Positions 1 to 9,896 of a stretch of 41,766 nt of DNA are shown piece after piece. The position numbers were made by a program, and so were the translations under genes. A model generated the notes under the pieces. The model did not search any database, had not been told where the DNA came from, and saw only the letters and a program-made list of their open reading frames with translations. Source of the DNA: a virus (Duplodnaviria > Caudoviricetes); IMG/VR virus record IMGVR_UViG_3300024181_000001, positions 1 through 41,766 of that record; one strand, given 5' to 3'. Within the stretch, counting starts at the first letter, position 1, and each line of letters starts with the position of its first letter.

Positions 1-127
1 GAGTTCGTGGTGATCGAGGCGTTTCGGGAGGCGGGGAAGACCACCAAGGCGGAGGAGCACCTGATTCTGGGGGGCTGCTTTGGGAATTACCACTATGGGC
101 TGATCATCGGTGAGACCTACGAGAAGG
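1..127. repeat. Terminal 127-bp exact overlap with 41640-41766 (circular assembly overlap)
   Basis: 1-127 is identical to 41640-41766, and the TerL reading frame continues across the join. Confidence 0.97.
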
Positions 128-1896
128 CGTGCGAGCGCTTGGGCTCAATTGCGCATGAGTGCCTGACCAACACCGCGCTGCATGAAGTGTTCGGCGGTCC
201 GGTGCTGGCGAAGCGCAGTATCGAGAACAAGGTGTGGTTCCGCTCGGGGACGCTGCTGCAGGCGTGGGGGTGGGATCAGGAGCTGCAGAGCTTCAAGTGG
301 CTCACCTGGCGGCCGGATTTTGCGTTCCTGGATGACGTGGAGAACCCGGAGCGGGTCCGGGATCGGGCCGCGGTCAACGCCTCGATGACCAAGCTGCACA
401 ACGATTTGATCCCGGCGATGGACAAGGAGCGGAGGAAGGTGGTGATCAGCCAGACCCGGCGGGCGGAGGACTGCATGGTGACCCGCTTCGCCGGCAACCC
501 GGACTGGCTCTACCGCGGCTACCCGATCTGCAACGGCGACCCGGAGGATGAGCGCACGGTGGCGACCTGGCCGCAACGCTACCCGATGGAGTGGGTCAGA
601 GCGGAGAAGCGAAGATTCGAGCGCGCCGGGATGCTATCGTCCTTCCTGCAAAGCTACATGCTGCAGGCGTCGAGTGCGGAGGGGAAGCCGTTCAAGGAGG
701 ACATGCTGCAGGCGCTCGATGTTTCCCCGTGGCACTGGATGCCGCGGTTCGCCATTTACGATCCGTCGAGGAGCACGCGTGAAAAACGGGTACGTCGACA
801 AGGAGTGGATGAGGTCAAATCTGACCGTACTGGAAAGGTTGTCGTTTCGCGTTTGGGCAGTCAAATTCTGGTTCATGAAAGTTCGGGTAATTATTGGGCC
901 CCCAACGAGCTTGTTGCCGATCTTTTTTCGACTCAGGCGAATCACCGCCCGGCTAAGATCGGCATTGAAAAGAACTCCCTAGACGATTGGCTGTTGCAGC
1001 CGATCCGCTTGGAGATGCTCCGGCGCGGCATCCCGCTCCCCTTGCAGACCTTGAACGCCCCGCAGGACAGGAGCAAGGACGAGTTCATCCTGGGGCTGCA
1101 GCCCTTCGCCACCGCCAAGGACATCGTGCTGGTCGGGGGGAAGCTCGCCCACCCGCAACTGGTGGCCGAGTGGTGCAATTTCCCTTCGGGCACCCGCGAC
1201 GTGATGAACGCGCTGGCGTATGCTCTGAAAATGTTCACCGGGAGCCCGCTCTATGAAGACTTTGGTGGCGCGAACCTTGGCGAAGCGCCGAGCCCGCGAG
1301 CGGGTGAGGAAGTCATCGTCGGCTGGCAAGCCAATCCCGCCGAAGTTGTCGCCGTGGCCTGTATCCGGGAAGGTCGAAGACTATGCGTGGCTGGAGATTG
1401 GTCTGCAACCGGTGCTCTTGCGGACGCCGTAAAAACGATCGCCTTTGAGCTTCGTGCTTCCTTCCCCCGCGCCAGCCTGCAATGCTGGGTGCCCGCCGAC
1501 ACCTTCGATCAGTGGCAGCGCATCGCTCTCGTTCCGGCACTGCGGGCCGAGCACCTGACCCCCTACCGCGGCGAGCATGTGGCGCTGGCCCGCGGCTGCC
1601 TCGCCGAGCGCATCCGCACCGTCTGGCACAATGCCCGCCTGCTCACCGTCGACAAGCGGGCGGCGCTCACCTTGAACGCCATCTCCACCGGCTACGCCCT
1701 CACCGCCGAGAAGGGCGGGCGCCAGAGCCAGGAGCCGGAACCCGGGCTCTCCCGGCTCGCGGCCGAAGCGCTGGAATGCGCGGTCATGGCGCTGGACCGC
1801 CAGGAGTCCGCCACCGTCATGCCCAAAGGGGCCAACATCGCCTACAGCCCCTCGGGCATCCCCTATGTCTCGGCGAACCCACGCGCCCGCGTTTGA
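1..1896 (+). CDS. terL: Terminase large subunit, C-terminal part (gene starts at 41502 and wraps; ~677 aa)
   Basis: Walker A-like AFREAGKTT, Walker B RPDFAFLDDVE, RNase H-like AIYDPS...DRTG...IGIEKN...RDVMNA. Confidence 0.93.
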   Translation, partial: EFVVIEAFREAGKTTKAEEHLILGGCFGNYHYGLIIGETYEKACERLGSIAHECLTNTALHEVFGGPVLAKRSIENKVWFRSGTLLQAWGWDQELQSFKWLTWRPDFAFLDDVENPERVRDRAAVNASMTKLHNDLIPAMDKERRKVVISQTRRAEDCMVTRFAGNPDWLYRGYPICNGDPEDERTVATWPQRYPMEWVRAEKRRFERAGMLSSFLQSYMLQASSAEGKPFKEDMLQALDVSPWHWMPRFAIYDPSRSTREKRVRRQGVDEVKSDRTGKVVVSRLGSQILVHESSGNYWAPNELVADLFSTQANHRPAKIGIEKNSLDDWLLQPIRLEMLRRGIPLPLQTLNAPQDRSKDEFILGLQPFATAKDIVLVGGKLAHPQLVAEWCNFPSGTRDVMNALAYALKMFTGSPLYEDFGGANLGEAPSPRAGEEVIVGWQANPAEVVAVACIREGRRLCVAGDWSATGALADAVKTIAFELRASFPRASLQCWVPADTFDQWQRIALVPALRAEHLTPYRGEHVALARGCLAERIRTVWHNARLLTVDKRAALTLNAISTGYALTAEKGGRQSQEPEPGLSRLAAEALECAVMALDRQESATVMPKGANIAYSPSGIPYVSANPRARV

Positions 1897-1935
1897 CATT
1901 GGTATGAGCACGGTCTAATGTGAGCGGGCACTAAC
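1893..1935 (+). promoter_or_regulatory. Sigma70-like promoter with GTGAG..CACTAAC motif at the start site
   Basis: TTGACA(1893-1898)-17 nt-TAATGT(1916-1921), then GTGAGCGGGCACTAAC (1920-1935). Confidence 0.6.
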
Positions 1936-1953
1936 CTTTCGAGGAGCCCGGTC

Positions 1954-2124
1954 ATGGCCGTTTCCCGTTCGATCCAGAAGAAATCCCCGTCGCAGGCCCC
2001 GAAGGACTTCTTCGAGTGCAAGCAAAGCGGGGGCACCCACGGCGGCACCGCGATCCAGCCCGACAAGAGTGCGAGCGGGCCGATGCGCGAGAAGATCTAC
2101 GGGCGCAAGAACCTCGGGAAGTAG
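1954..2124 (+). CDS. Small basic hypothetical protein (56 aa, MAVSRSIQKKSPSQ...)
   Basis: GAGGAG RBS upstream; below the ORF-track cutoff; first gene after the promoter. Confidence 0.7.
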   Translation: MAVSRSIQKKSPSQAPKDFFECKQSGGTHGGTAIQPDKSASGPMREKIYGRKNLGK

Positions 2125-2125
2125 C

Positions 2126-2380
2126 ATGTCCGATCCCTATGCCGTGTCTCTGGACGTGCCCGATGCGGTGCGAGAGATGCTGACGGCCCCGCCTGATCCG
2201 CGCTTCATCGAGTTCGTTCGGCTATGGCAGGAAGATCGCGAACGGTGCGTCTTTGAAACCCTCAATTCTGCCTGCGAGGTCCGCTATGGCAAAACGCCGC
2301 ATGAAAACGAAGAAGCTGACCCTCGCCAAGCCGACCACGGCCTTCAACCGGGGGCCAAAGAAGCCGGAAAAAGACGATAG
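2126..2380 (+). CDS. Hypothetical protein
   Basis: ATG 1 nt after the previous stop; overlaps the next ORF by ~95 nt. Confidence 0.4.
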   Translation: MSDPYAVSLDVPDAVREMLTAPPDPRFIEFVRLWQEDRERCVFETLNSACEVRYGKTPHENEEADPRQADHGLQPGAKEAGKRR

Positions 2381-2465
2381 ACCTGGCCCGATGCAGGGCG
2401 GCCGGCAGCCGGGTGGCCTAGCCAAGAAAGGCCACGGCAAGAAATTGCGCGGCGTGATGATCTGA
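2286..2465 (+). CDS. Small Lys/Arg-rich protein
   Basis: MAKRRMKTKKL..., GAGG upstream, abuts the next gene. Confidence 0.55.
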   Translation: MAKRRMKTKKLTLAKPTTAFNRGPKKPEKDDRPGPMQGGRQPGGLAKKGHGKKLRGVMI

Positions 2466-2467
2466 TC

Positions 2468-2692
2468 ATGGCGGAAAAGAAGAAGCCCGGCGATCTGTCG
2501 CATCTTGGCCGTCACGATCCGGTAGCGCGCGAGGCGTCCGCCTTTCCCTATTTGCGGCAAGCCTACGGCAAGCGTACCGAGTCTGAGGTCAAGGGCGCGG
2601 AGAAGGGATACAGCGAAGCAGTGCGCCGCGAATACCGGCAGTCCGAAGATGAAGGCGCGTACCTGAAGCGCGTCAAACACCACAAGAACTGA
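2468..2692 (+). CDS. Small basic hypothetical protein
   Basis: Tightly packed ORF directly upstream of portal. Confidence 0.7.
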   Translation: MAEKKKPGDLSHLGRHDPVAREASAFPYLRQAYGKRTESEVKGAEKGYSEAVRREYRQSEDEGAYLKRVKHHKN

Positions 2693-2693
2693 T

Positions 2694-4895
2694 GTGGCCG
2701 TCGACACGCCCAAGAAGGGCCGCGGGTACAAGCCGAAAGAGGGCAAGGACCGCGAGCTAGAGTCGGCCTCCGCCGACTCCAAGGCCGACCCGATCGAGAA
2801 TTGGGCCGACCAGCAGGACTCCCCGGCCTACGAAGCCGCGCTCAAGCTCTACAAGCTCGTCCAGAAGGCGTTCGACAACAAGGACGAGCAGTACGATCGC
2901 ATCGAAGAATATCGCAATATTTATAATGCGATAACCGACGCCAACCAGCAGTACATCGGCAATTCCTCCGGCTATCAGCCCATCGTTCGCGGGGCCGTCA
3001 ATGCCAGGGCCAAGCGGGCGCTGAAGCAACTTTTTCCGAGTAACCACAAACATGTGGAAGCCGTCGCCTCCGACAGCAAGACCCCGTATACCCAGCTTTC
3101 GCTGCTGGAGCACTACATCCGCAAGACGAGCTTGAAATCGATCATCCGCACCGACCTGATCGCGGGCGACGTGACCGGGCAATGGAACCTGATGGTCGAC
3201 TGGACCTCCTCGACCTTCAACATCAAGAAGCTGGTCAAGCGCAATCCGCTGCTGCAGCAGATCGACGGCGAATCGGTCGAGGACTTGGAGATCGAAGATC
3301 CCACCGCCGACGAGGAAGAGGACACCGAAGAGGAGACCATCGAGGAGCAGGGGCCGGAGGTGATCGACTTCGCCACCGAAGACCTCGCGGTGGTCCCGCC
3401 CACTTGCACCAACCTGCAGCGGGCGAAGGCGGTTAGCATCAAGCTCAGGATGAGCGCGGAGAAGGTGCGCGAACTGGTCGACGAAGGTGTGTTCATCCTG
3501 CCGCCCAACACCGACATCGAGGAGTTCTGCAAGCCCGATCAGAGCCGGGATCGCAAGAACCCGCAGAAGAAGGCCACCGGCGATGCCGGGATCAAGACCG
3601 AAGGCACCAACAAGCACGCCGTCATCTATCAGGTCTACAGCCGGCTCGACTTGGGCGGCGAAACGAAAGACGACGCCATCATCTACTACGCCGGCCCGAC
3701 CGAGATCGTCGGCATCATCAAGAACCCGCTGTGGAGTGGCAAGCGGCCGATCTTGAGCAAGCCGGTGGAGCGGATGCAGGGCAGCTTCTTCGGGTCAAGC
3801 CTGATCGAGCCGGTCAAGTTCCTGCAGTGGCAGATGAACGACTTCTGGAACATGGGCATGGACTCGGCCATGTACAGCCTGCAGCCGATCTTCACCATCG
3901 ACCCGCTCAAGTGCCCGCAGTGGATGAACCTGACGATGGGCCTGGCCGCGATGTGGCCGGTCGATCCCAACAGTGTGAAGCCGCTGCAGCAGGGGCAGTT
4001 GTGGAAGGACGCCGCGGCGGTGTGCGATGTCATCAAGCGGCAGATTTGGGAAAGCATGGATGTCAACGAGATGATGATGGGGAGGATGCCCGCCGGGAGG
4101 AAGAACAATCAGTTGATGGGCGCGATGAGCCAGGAGCAGCAGGTCAATATCACTGATCACGCCTCGCGCTACGAGGAGGAGATGCTCAATCCCTTGCTCG
4201 AACTCCTGTTCGAGTTCGACCAGCAGTACCGAACCAAAGACCTGATGATCGAGACCCGGGGCGAGATCGGGGCCAAGGCGGCGCTCGAAATCATTCCGCC
4301 GCAGCAATGGGGGGAACGTTACTTCTTCCGCTGGACCGGCACCGAGTTCATGCTCTCGATCCAGCGCGGCCAGCAGCAGATCGCGCTCATGAACGTGTTG
4401 AAGGGCATCCCGCCGGCACAGTTGAACGGGCGCACCTTCGACGCCACCCCGATCCTCGAATCGCTGGTCGAGAACCTGTTTGGCCCCGAGATGGCGCCAC
4501 GCATCCTCGTCGACAAGCGCAACAGTTATCGCATTGACCCGGACATCGAGAACGAGATGCTGGCGAACGGGTTCGAAGTGCAGGTCCACGAGGCCGACGA
4601 CGATCCGATGCACCTGCAAGCCCACATGCGCGGGGCGAGCCTTGCGTCCGATCCTCTCGGTCTGTTCAAGTCGCACATGGGTATGCACATGGCGCAGATG
4701 CAGCGAAAGCGCGAGATGGAGATGATGCAGCAAGCTCCGAAAGGAGTGCCCGGCGGCCCGGGCGGAGCCGGCCCCGGCGTTGCCGGCGGACCGAAGCCCG
4801 GCGCCATGTCCGCCCCAGGCGGACCACGACCCGCCCAGAACCCTGCGGGCGCGATTCCCCAGGATTCCATGCTCGGCGCCCCGGGAAGAGGCTGA
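2694..4895 (+). CDS. Portal protein (podovirus type)
   Basis: 733 aa helical protein after TerL; portal-like segments (GSFFGSSLIEPV..LQ..MN; EMLNPLLE); Gly/Pro-rich tail. Confidence 0.85.
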   Translation: MAVDTPKKGRGYKPKEGKDRELESASADSKADPIENWADQQDSPAYEAALKLYKLVQKAFDNKDEQYDRIEEYRNIYNAITDANQQYIGNSSGYQPIVRGAVNARAKRALKQLFPSNHKHVEAVASDSKTPYTQLSLLEHYIRKTSLKSIIRTDLIAGDVTGQWNLMVDWTSSTFNIKKLVKRNPLLQQIDGESVEDLEIEDPTADEEEDTEEETIEEQGPEVIDFATEDLAVVPPTCTNLQRAKAVSIKLRMSAEKVRELVDEGVFILPPNTDIEEFCKPDQSRDRKNPQKKATGDAGIKTEGTNKHAVIYQVYSRLDLGGETKDDAIIYYAGPTEIVGIIKNPLWSGKRPILSKPVERMQGSFFGSSLIEPVKFLQWQMNDFWNMGMDSAMYSLQPIFTIDPLKCPQWMNLTMGLAAMWPVDPNSVKPLQQGQLWKDAAAVCDVIKRQIWESMDVNEMMMGRMPAGRKNNQLMGAMSQEQQVNITDHASRYEEEMLNPLLELLFEFDQQYRTKDLMIETRGEIGAKAALEIIPPQQWGERYFFRWTGTEFMLSIQRGQQQIALMNVLKGIPPAQLNGRTFDATPILESLVENLFGPEMAPRILVDKRNSYRIDPDIENEMLANGFEVQVHEADDDPMHLQAHMRGASLASDPLGLFKSHMGMHMAQMQRKREMEMMQQAPKGVPGGPGGAGPGVAGGPKPGAMSAPGGPRPAQNPAGAIPQDSMLGAPGRG

Positions 4896-5140
4896 TGCCC
4901 TTCGGTCCATTGCCGGCGCGCTTCGACTTCAATCGCGGGGTCGATGCGACCGTCGCCTACGACCTTAACTGGCTGCTCAATGGCATGGGCGGCGGCAGCG
5001 GCGGCTCCGGCATGATGCCCTATCTCATTCCGGTGGGCGAGACCTTCACCGTGCCCATCAACAAGCAGGGACTCTTCGCGCTCACCATCGACGTGCAGGG
5101 CACGCTGGTGGTCGATGGCCTCGTCATTCAGGTCGATTGA
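4895..5140 (+). CDS. Small structural/adaptor protein
   Basis: Coupled to the portal stop; Gly linker then beta-rich C-terminus (ETFTVP...GTLVVDG). Confidence 0.6.
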   Translation: MPFGPLPARFDFNRGVDATVAYDLNWLLNGMGGGSGGSGMMPYLIPVGETFTVPINKQGLFALTIDVQGTLVVDGLVIQVD

Positions 5141-5141
5141 G

Positions 5142-6062
5142 ATGTCCGGCATCACGCTGACCGAAGTCAACCCGACGACCATCCCCGCACCCCCGGCGGG
5201 CAAGGACACGATCTTCGCCGACAGCACGGCGAGCCCGCCGGCTCCCGCCTACAAGGACAGCGGCGGGGTGACCCATACATTGGTCGGCCCTCAAGGCGCA
5301 ACGGGCGCCCAAGGTGCGACTGGCGCGCAAGGAGCCACCGGAGCGGCGTCTACGGTACCGGGACCGACCGGGCCGCAGGGGGCTGCCGGAGCGCAAGGCC
5401 CGACCGGGGCAACAGGAGCGCAAGGTGATACTGGCCCCACCGGTGCGCAAGGCGCAACCGGCGCCACAGGGGCGCAGGGGGCTACGGGGGCGACCGGAGC
5501 GCAAGGTGCTACAGGCGCCCAAGGAGCTACCGGAGCAGCGAGCAGCGGCGGCTGGGTATTGCTGGAGCAGCACACCGCCAGCAGCAGCGCGAGCATCGAC
5601 TTCACCTCGATCAGCAGCACCTACGACACCTACGTGTTCGAGGTGCTGAACACTTCGCCGTCGAGCAATGGCGATTCGCTGTTGTTGCGTGCCGGAACCG
5701 GAGCGGGTCCTTCGTGGGACGCTGGGGGCAACTACACCAACACCAATTGGCAGACCAATCAAGCCGGCGGCAGCGCCGTAGGCGGCGGCGCGGGCGCAAC
5801 CTCGATTACGCTCGGCGCTTCGCTGGGCGGCCCGCCGGCCGCAACCAGCGGGCAGGTGATCATGCACGCGCAGCAGAACGGCGTGCTCTATCCCGAGTTC
5901 ACCTATCACTTCACCGGCCTGCAGTCGAGTGGCAACTTCCACCAGTTGATCGGCGGCGGGGTCTACGTCAACGCCACCAACATCACCGGGGTGCGCTTCA
6001 TCATGAGCGGCACCAGCACCATCACCGCCGGCATCTTCCGTATGTACGGGGTGCCGAAATGA
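5142..6062 (+). CDS. Collagen-like fibre protein with C-terminal beta domain
   Basis: Long Gly-X-Y run (GATGAQ)n followed by [18 protein letters not shown]...FRMYG domain. Confidence 0.85.
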   Translation: MSGITLTEVNPTTIPAPPAGKDTIFADSTASPPAPAYKDSGGVTHTLVGPQGATGAQGATGAQGATGAASTVPGPTGPQGAAGAQGPTGATGAQGDTGPTGAQGATGATGAQGATGATGAQGATGAQGATGAASSGGWVLLEQHTASSSASIDFTSISSTYDTYVFEVLNTSPSSNGDSLLLRAGTGAGPSWDAGGNYTNTNWQTNQAGGSAVGGGAGATSITLGASLGGPPAATSGQVIMHAQQNGVLYPEFTYHFTGLQSSGNFHQLIGGGVYVNATNITGVRFIMSGTSTITAGIFRMYGVPK

Positions 6063-6445
6063 ACTGCCACGGCATTCCGCTGCGCCACGACCCGACCGTG
6101 CATCTCGCGCAGGCCCACGGCTTCGGCTTGAAGCGCGGCTGGATCGGCGTGAGCCACGACTTCTTCAAGTTGCCGGCGCGTGAGCAGCGGGCGATCGAGC
6201 TCCATGAGGAAGCCCATCTTCGCCATCACCACTTCGCCAAGCGCCTCGCCTTCTTGCCGCTGTACTGGACCCCGTGGGGCTTGCAACTGGCGATCGCGCA
6301 GGAGCTCGAAGCCGACGCTTTTTGTGCGCGGGCTGGATTCGGCGCAGAATTGCTCGCAGTCATCCGCCGCTACCCCTCCGGCCACTTCTATCCCGACAAG
6401 CCCCGGCGCATCGCCGCGCTCGAACAACTGATCGCCGCCTCATGA
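6059..6445 (+). CDS. M48/M56-like zinc metallopeptidase (128 aa)
   Basis: HEEAH zinc motif, ELEADAF third-ligand motif, C-terminal YP...RRI; ATGA overlaps with both neighbours. Confidence 0.8.
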   Translation: MNCHGIPLRHDPTVHLAQAHGFGLKRGWIGVSHDFFKLPAREQRAIELHEEAHLRHHHFAKRLAFLPLYWTPWGLQLAIAQELEADAFCARAGFGAELLAVIRRYPSGHFYPDKPRRIAALEQLIAAS

Positions 6446-7431
6446 TCATCCGCTTCCCCCCCGGCATGAGGGCCGACGCCAGCAGCGAGTTCACGCTGCA
6501 GGGCTTGATGAGCAACGCCAACGCCTACGCCGAGGAATGGGTGGGGGTCGATTCGACCCCGACCAGCGTCTTCCTCGGCACCGACGCCATCACCCTCACC
6601 ACCAATCAGGTGATGGCGAAGAACGTGATCCTGTTGGCCGGGGCAGTCAATTCTCCCTTCATCGTCTTCCTGCCGCCCACGTCCAAGATCCTCGACGCCC
6701 TCGGACCGACGGTATCGCGCGACGGCAGCTTCTGGTTCGACTTCTACATCGCCAACCAGTTGACCGGACGTGATGCCGTGCTCGCCCCGGGCGACACCGA
6801 TACGACGGTCGACAGCAACAACAACTTCATCTTGAACGGCCACTTCAACAAGTGGATGGTCAACGTCGTCCCGCAGTCCGATCCAGCGCTGCCGCTGCAA
6901 CTCAACTTCCATTCGGTGTTCAGCGCGACGACCGGCGGGGCGAGTAACCTGACCGTTACCGATGGCGTTACCAGCGTTCCCAATGTCACCACCATTGATC
7001 TTACTTCGGGCGCGACGGTCAGCAACGCCGGGGGCGGAACGGCGGATGTGGCGATCATTACCGATCAGCCCACGGTCGATTTGACCGGCAACGTCGCCAC
7101 CGAGATCAGCCTCGGCCAACATGTGTTCTACCGCTTCCTCTCCGGCGACATGGTGCTGACCGCCCCGACCTGGGCGGCGGCGGCGCCGACTAACGCCACG
7201 CCGTTCGAGGGCTATACGATTCTCTTCATCTTCGAGCAGGACGTGACCGGCGCGCACAACGTCACCCCGCCGTCGAACTTCGCCTTCCCCGACGGCTTTC
7301 CGGCGGCGATTGCCCCCGGCAGCAAAGCCTTCACCGTCTGGACCGGCGTCTACTACGGCTCCATCGGCGCGGGCACGACTCCGCTCAACGGCTGGCTGTG
7401 CGCGGTTGCCACCCAGTTCGCGGCCCGATGA
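6442..7431 (+). CDS. Multi-domain virion protein (decoration-like N-terminus)
   Basis: N-terminal ~150 aa aligns by eye with 10784-11233; C-terminal fibre-like domain (FIFEQDVTGAHNVT). Confidence 0.75.
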   Translation: MIIRFPPGMRADASSEFTLQGLMSNANAYAEEWVGVDSTPTSVFLGTDAITLTTNQVMAKNVILLAGAVNSPFIVFLPPTSKILDALGPTVSRDGSFWFDFYIANQLTGRDAVLAPGDTDTTVDSNNNFILNGHFNKWMVNVVPQSDPALPLQLNFHSVFSATTGGASNLTVTDGVTSVPNVTTIDLTSGATVSNAGGGTADVAIITDQPTVDLTGNVATEISLGQHVFYRFLSGDMVLTAPTWAAAAPTNATPFEGYTILFIFEQDVTGAHNVTPPSNFAFPDGFPAAIAPGSKAFTVWTGVYYGSIGAGTTPLNGWLCAVATQFAAR

Positions 7432-8058
7432 ATGATCATTCCGGTCTCCTACTGGTGGAAGCCTACCGCCGGGGCCGCTTGTGCGTGGGACCCGAACAAT
7501 CAGACCAGTCCCACGGTCTCGCCGATGACGCTTACCAATGCCAACCGCACCGCGCGCAGCAATGCCACCTCCGGCATCGCCACCCCGCAGGTCATCCTCT
7601 GCACGGTCGGGCACAGCACCGGCAAGTGGTACTACGAACTGATCGACGAAGCAATGACCGTAGGGGTCTCGACCGGACCGGCGTTCGGCATCGCCAACAC
7701 CGTCGCCGACGTGGGGCTGTTCTCCACCGGCATTTACGTCACAACCAGCGAGGACCAGTTGTGGGTCAACGGTGGCGTGCCCTTCACCGGCGGGGTGCCG
7801 TGGATGGTGGGCGAGCATGCGGGGGTGGCGGTGGATCTAGACGCCCATAAGTGCTGGCTCGCGCACAACAATGTCTGGTATCTGGGCGGCGACCCGGCGA
7901 CCGGCGCCAACTCGCTCGGGGCGTGGAGCGGGCTTTCCTTCCCGGCGCAGCGGGTGGCCGGTGGACAAGGCGTGCAAAAAGGCACATTGTGCCCGACAAC
8001 TCCAACTTTTCTGTATACCCCGCCGACCGGCTTTGCGCCGTGGTGCAGCGGCAGCTAG
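7432..8058 (+). CDS. SPRY/ConA-like domain virion protein
   Basis: GKWYYE, GVAVDLDAHKCW...GGDPATG and YTPPTGF motifs. Confidence 0.75.
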   Translation: MIIPVSYWWKPTAGAACAWDPNNQTSPTVSPMTLTNANRTARSNATSGIATPQVILCTVGHSTGKWYYELIDEAMTVGVSTGPAFGIANTVADVGLFSTGIYVTTSEDQLWVNGGVPFTGGVPWMVGEHAGVAVDLDAHKCWLAHNNVWYLGGDPATGANSLGAWSGLSFPAQRVAGGQGVQKGTLCPTTPTFLYTPPTGFAPWCSGS

Positions 8059-8062
8059 GAGA

Positions 8063-8383
8063 ATGATCATGAAACGCGGCGAGGAAGTCGTCACCGGATC
8101 ACGGCAACAACTGGGCTATCAGCAGATCGCCAACGCGACGCTGGCGAATGCGACCAGCCTTACCCTGCCTACCCCGCCCGCGGGGGCTTATACCCTCTAC
8201 GCCGTGATTCAGGCCAACGGCGGCGTGATCCGCTGGCGCGATGACGGCACCGCCCCGACCGCCACGGTGGGGATGGTGATCCCGAGCGGGGGCGAGTTGC
8301 GCTACGCCGCGGACTTGACCAAGCTGCAACTGATCGACGGCGGCGGCGGGACGCCGATTGCCGACATCAGCTATTACTACTAG
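8063..8383 (+). CDS. Small beta-rich structural protein
   Basis: AGGAG RBS; IRWRDDGTAPTATVGM segment. Confidence 0.75.
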   Translation: MIMKRGEEVVTGSRQQLGYQQIANATLANATSLTLPTPPAGAYTLYAVIQANGGVIRWRDDGTAPTATVGMVIPSGGELRYAADLTKLQLIDGGGGTPIADISYYY

Positions 8384-8392
8384 GGCACGCTC

Positions 8393-9322
8393 ATGGCCGC
8401 CGAAATCAGCACCGAAGTCCCTGGCAGCGGCGCGCAAGGCGCAGCGGGAGCCACCGGACCGACCGGACCCACTGGTCCCACCGGGCCAACGGGAGCCGCC
8501 GGAGCTACCGGTCCCACGGGCGCTACTGGCCCGACGGGACCGCAAGGCGACACCGGCGCTACGGGTCCGCAAGGGGCTACGGGACCGCAAGGCTCCACCA
8601 CCCTCACCGTCACCGACGGCGCCAGCACCTACACCGGCATCGGCGTCATCGGCTTCCCCGCCGGGACGGTGAGCCAGCCGGGGGTGGGGCAGGTCGATGT
8701 GTCGGGCTGGGCGCTGCAAACCATCGACCACACCAGCGGCGGCTGGACGCCTACCGGCGGCACCTGGACCTTCGTTGCCGGCGTCATCAGCCAGACCAAT
8801 GCCACGGCGGGCGTGCTGCTGATCTACAACACGCCGCTGCCCTCGCGCGGCTTCACCTTGGAGTGCGAAGTCAAGATCCCTACCGGACAGGATGCAGGGA
8901 CCGTTGCCGTCGCCGTGATAATAGCCGGCGATACTCAGGACACCAAGACGACGCTGGATTTCGACGGCAGCATCGTCACTGGGGTTGGCCTTGGCGGTAC
9001 GGTTTATGGTTCTGTTGCCGGCGACCCGCCAGCGGTTGACATGAGCACGCTTGTCGACGGTAACCTGTCCCCGAAAACCCTCGACACGGTGATTCCATTC
9101 CCCGGATTCACACTCGACGCTTGGCACAAGATGCGCTTCCAAGTTAACGGAACATTTCAGGAAGCTACCGCCGACGGGGCTTACCTGTTTGCTTCCGGTC
9201 GGGTTACCGGCGGCAATCCGATTGCCGGACCTAGCGGCACCATTGATCAGTTCTGGCTCGGGGCGCAAGGACTGATCAGCTTTCGCAACATCAAAGTCTG
9301 GACGCTCCCCGGACCAGCATGA
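8393..9322 (+). CDS. Collagen-like protein with C-terminal ConA-like lectin domain
   Basis: (GPT/GAT)n repeat; WHKMRFQV...SFRNIKVW terminus. Confidence 0.8.
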   Translation: MAAEISTEVPGSGAQGAAGATGPTGPTGPTGPTGAAGATGPTGATGPTGPQGDTGATGPQGATGPQGSTTLTVTDGASTYTGIGVIGFPAGTVSQPGVGQVDVSGWALQTIDHTSGGWTPTGGTWTFVAGVISQTNATAGVLLIYNTPLPSRGFTLECEVKIPTGQDAGTVAVAVIIAGDTQDTKTTLDFDGSIVTGVGLGGTVYGSVAGDPPAVDMSTLVDGNLSPKTLDTVIPFPGFTLDAWHKMRFQVNGTFQEATADGAYLFASGRVTGGNPIAGPSGTIDQFWLGAQGLISFRNIKVWTLPGPA

Positions 9323-9339
9323 TCAATCTAAGGAAAACA

Positions 9340-9696
9340 ATGAAAATCCTGCTCGCCATCACGCTCAGCCTGCTCTCAACCTTCGCCTTCGCCCAACCGC
9401 CCGCCCTTGGTGCCGATTGCGGCGCCGGCGCTACCATCAGCGGTAGCATCCACGCCGGCAAAGTCACGCTCGGGACGGGTGTGGATCAGTCCGACACCTG
9501 CACGCTCACCTGGGCGGCGCAACCGAAAGCGCCCTCCTGCGCGGCGGGCGTGGAAGCCGTGAGCGACGGCACCGGCAACGCCGGCCCGCGCACGACCACC
9601 ACGACGACGACCACGCTCGTCATCGCCTTCGATGACAAGGGCCACGGCTACTTCGAGCCGGGCTATGTCGTGAGCTATCTCTGTGTGGCGCCATGA
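9340..9696 (+). CDS. Exported protein with signal peptide
   Basis: AAGGA RBS; MKILLAITLSLLSTFAFA signal; four Cys; poly-Thr. Confidence 0.7.
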   Translation: MKILLAITLSLLSTFAFAQPPALGADCGAGATISGSIHAGKVTLGTGVDQSDTCTLTWAAQPKAPSCAAGVEAVSDGTGNAGPRTTTTTTTTLVIAFDDKGHGYFEPGYVVSYLCVAP

Positions 9697-9875
9697 CCGA
9701 CGCCGAGCGCGCCTACGTCGCTAACCTTCAGCGCGACATCATCCTCGCGGAGAAGCGCATCAAGGCGCTGGAGGCTAAGGTCAACCAGCACACCACCGTG
9801 CTCAACAATTTGTCGATGCAGCACGAGGCGATGCGCCACGGCGTCTTTGGCGACGAGGGCCTGACCGCGCACTGA
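9693..9875 (+). CDS. Small coiled-coil protein
   Basis: ATGA overlap; heptad pattern. Confidence 0.6.
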   Translation: MTDAERAYVANLQRDIILAEKRIKALEAKVNQHTTVLNNLSMQHEAMRHGVFGDEGLTAH

Positions 9876-9896
9876 CTCTTTTTTGTCCATCGTAAA

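Noticed and set aside
5285-5540. Tandem DNA repeats (also 8425-8595) as a CRISPR array or VNTR
   Set aside because: They encode Gly-X-Y collagen repeats with varied third codon positions and no repeat-spacer structure
5142-9322. Diversity-generating retroelement targeting the lectin/fibre genes
   Set aside because: No reverse transcriptase and no adenine-variant TR/VR repeat pair seen
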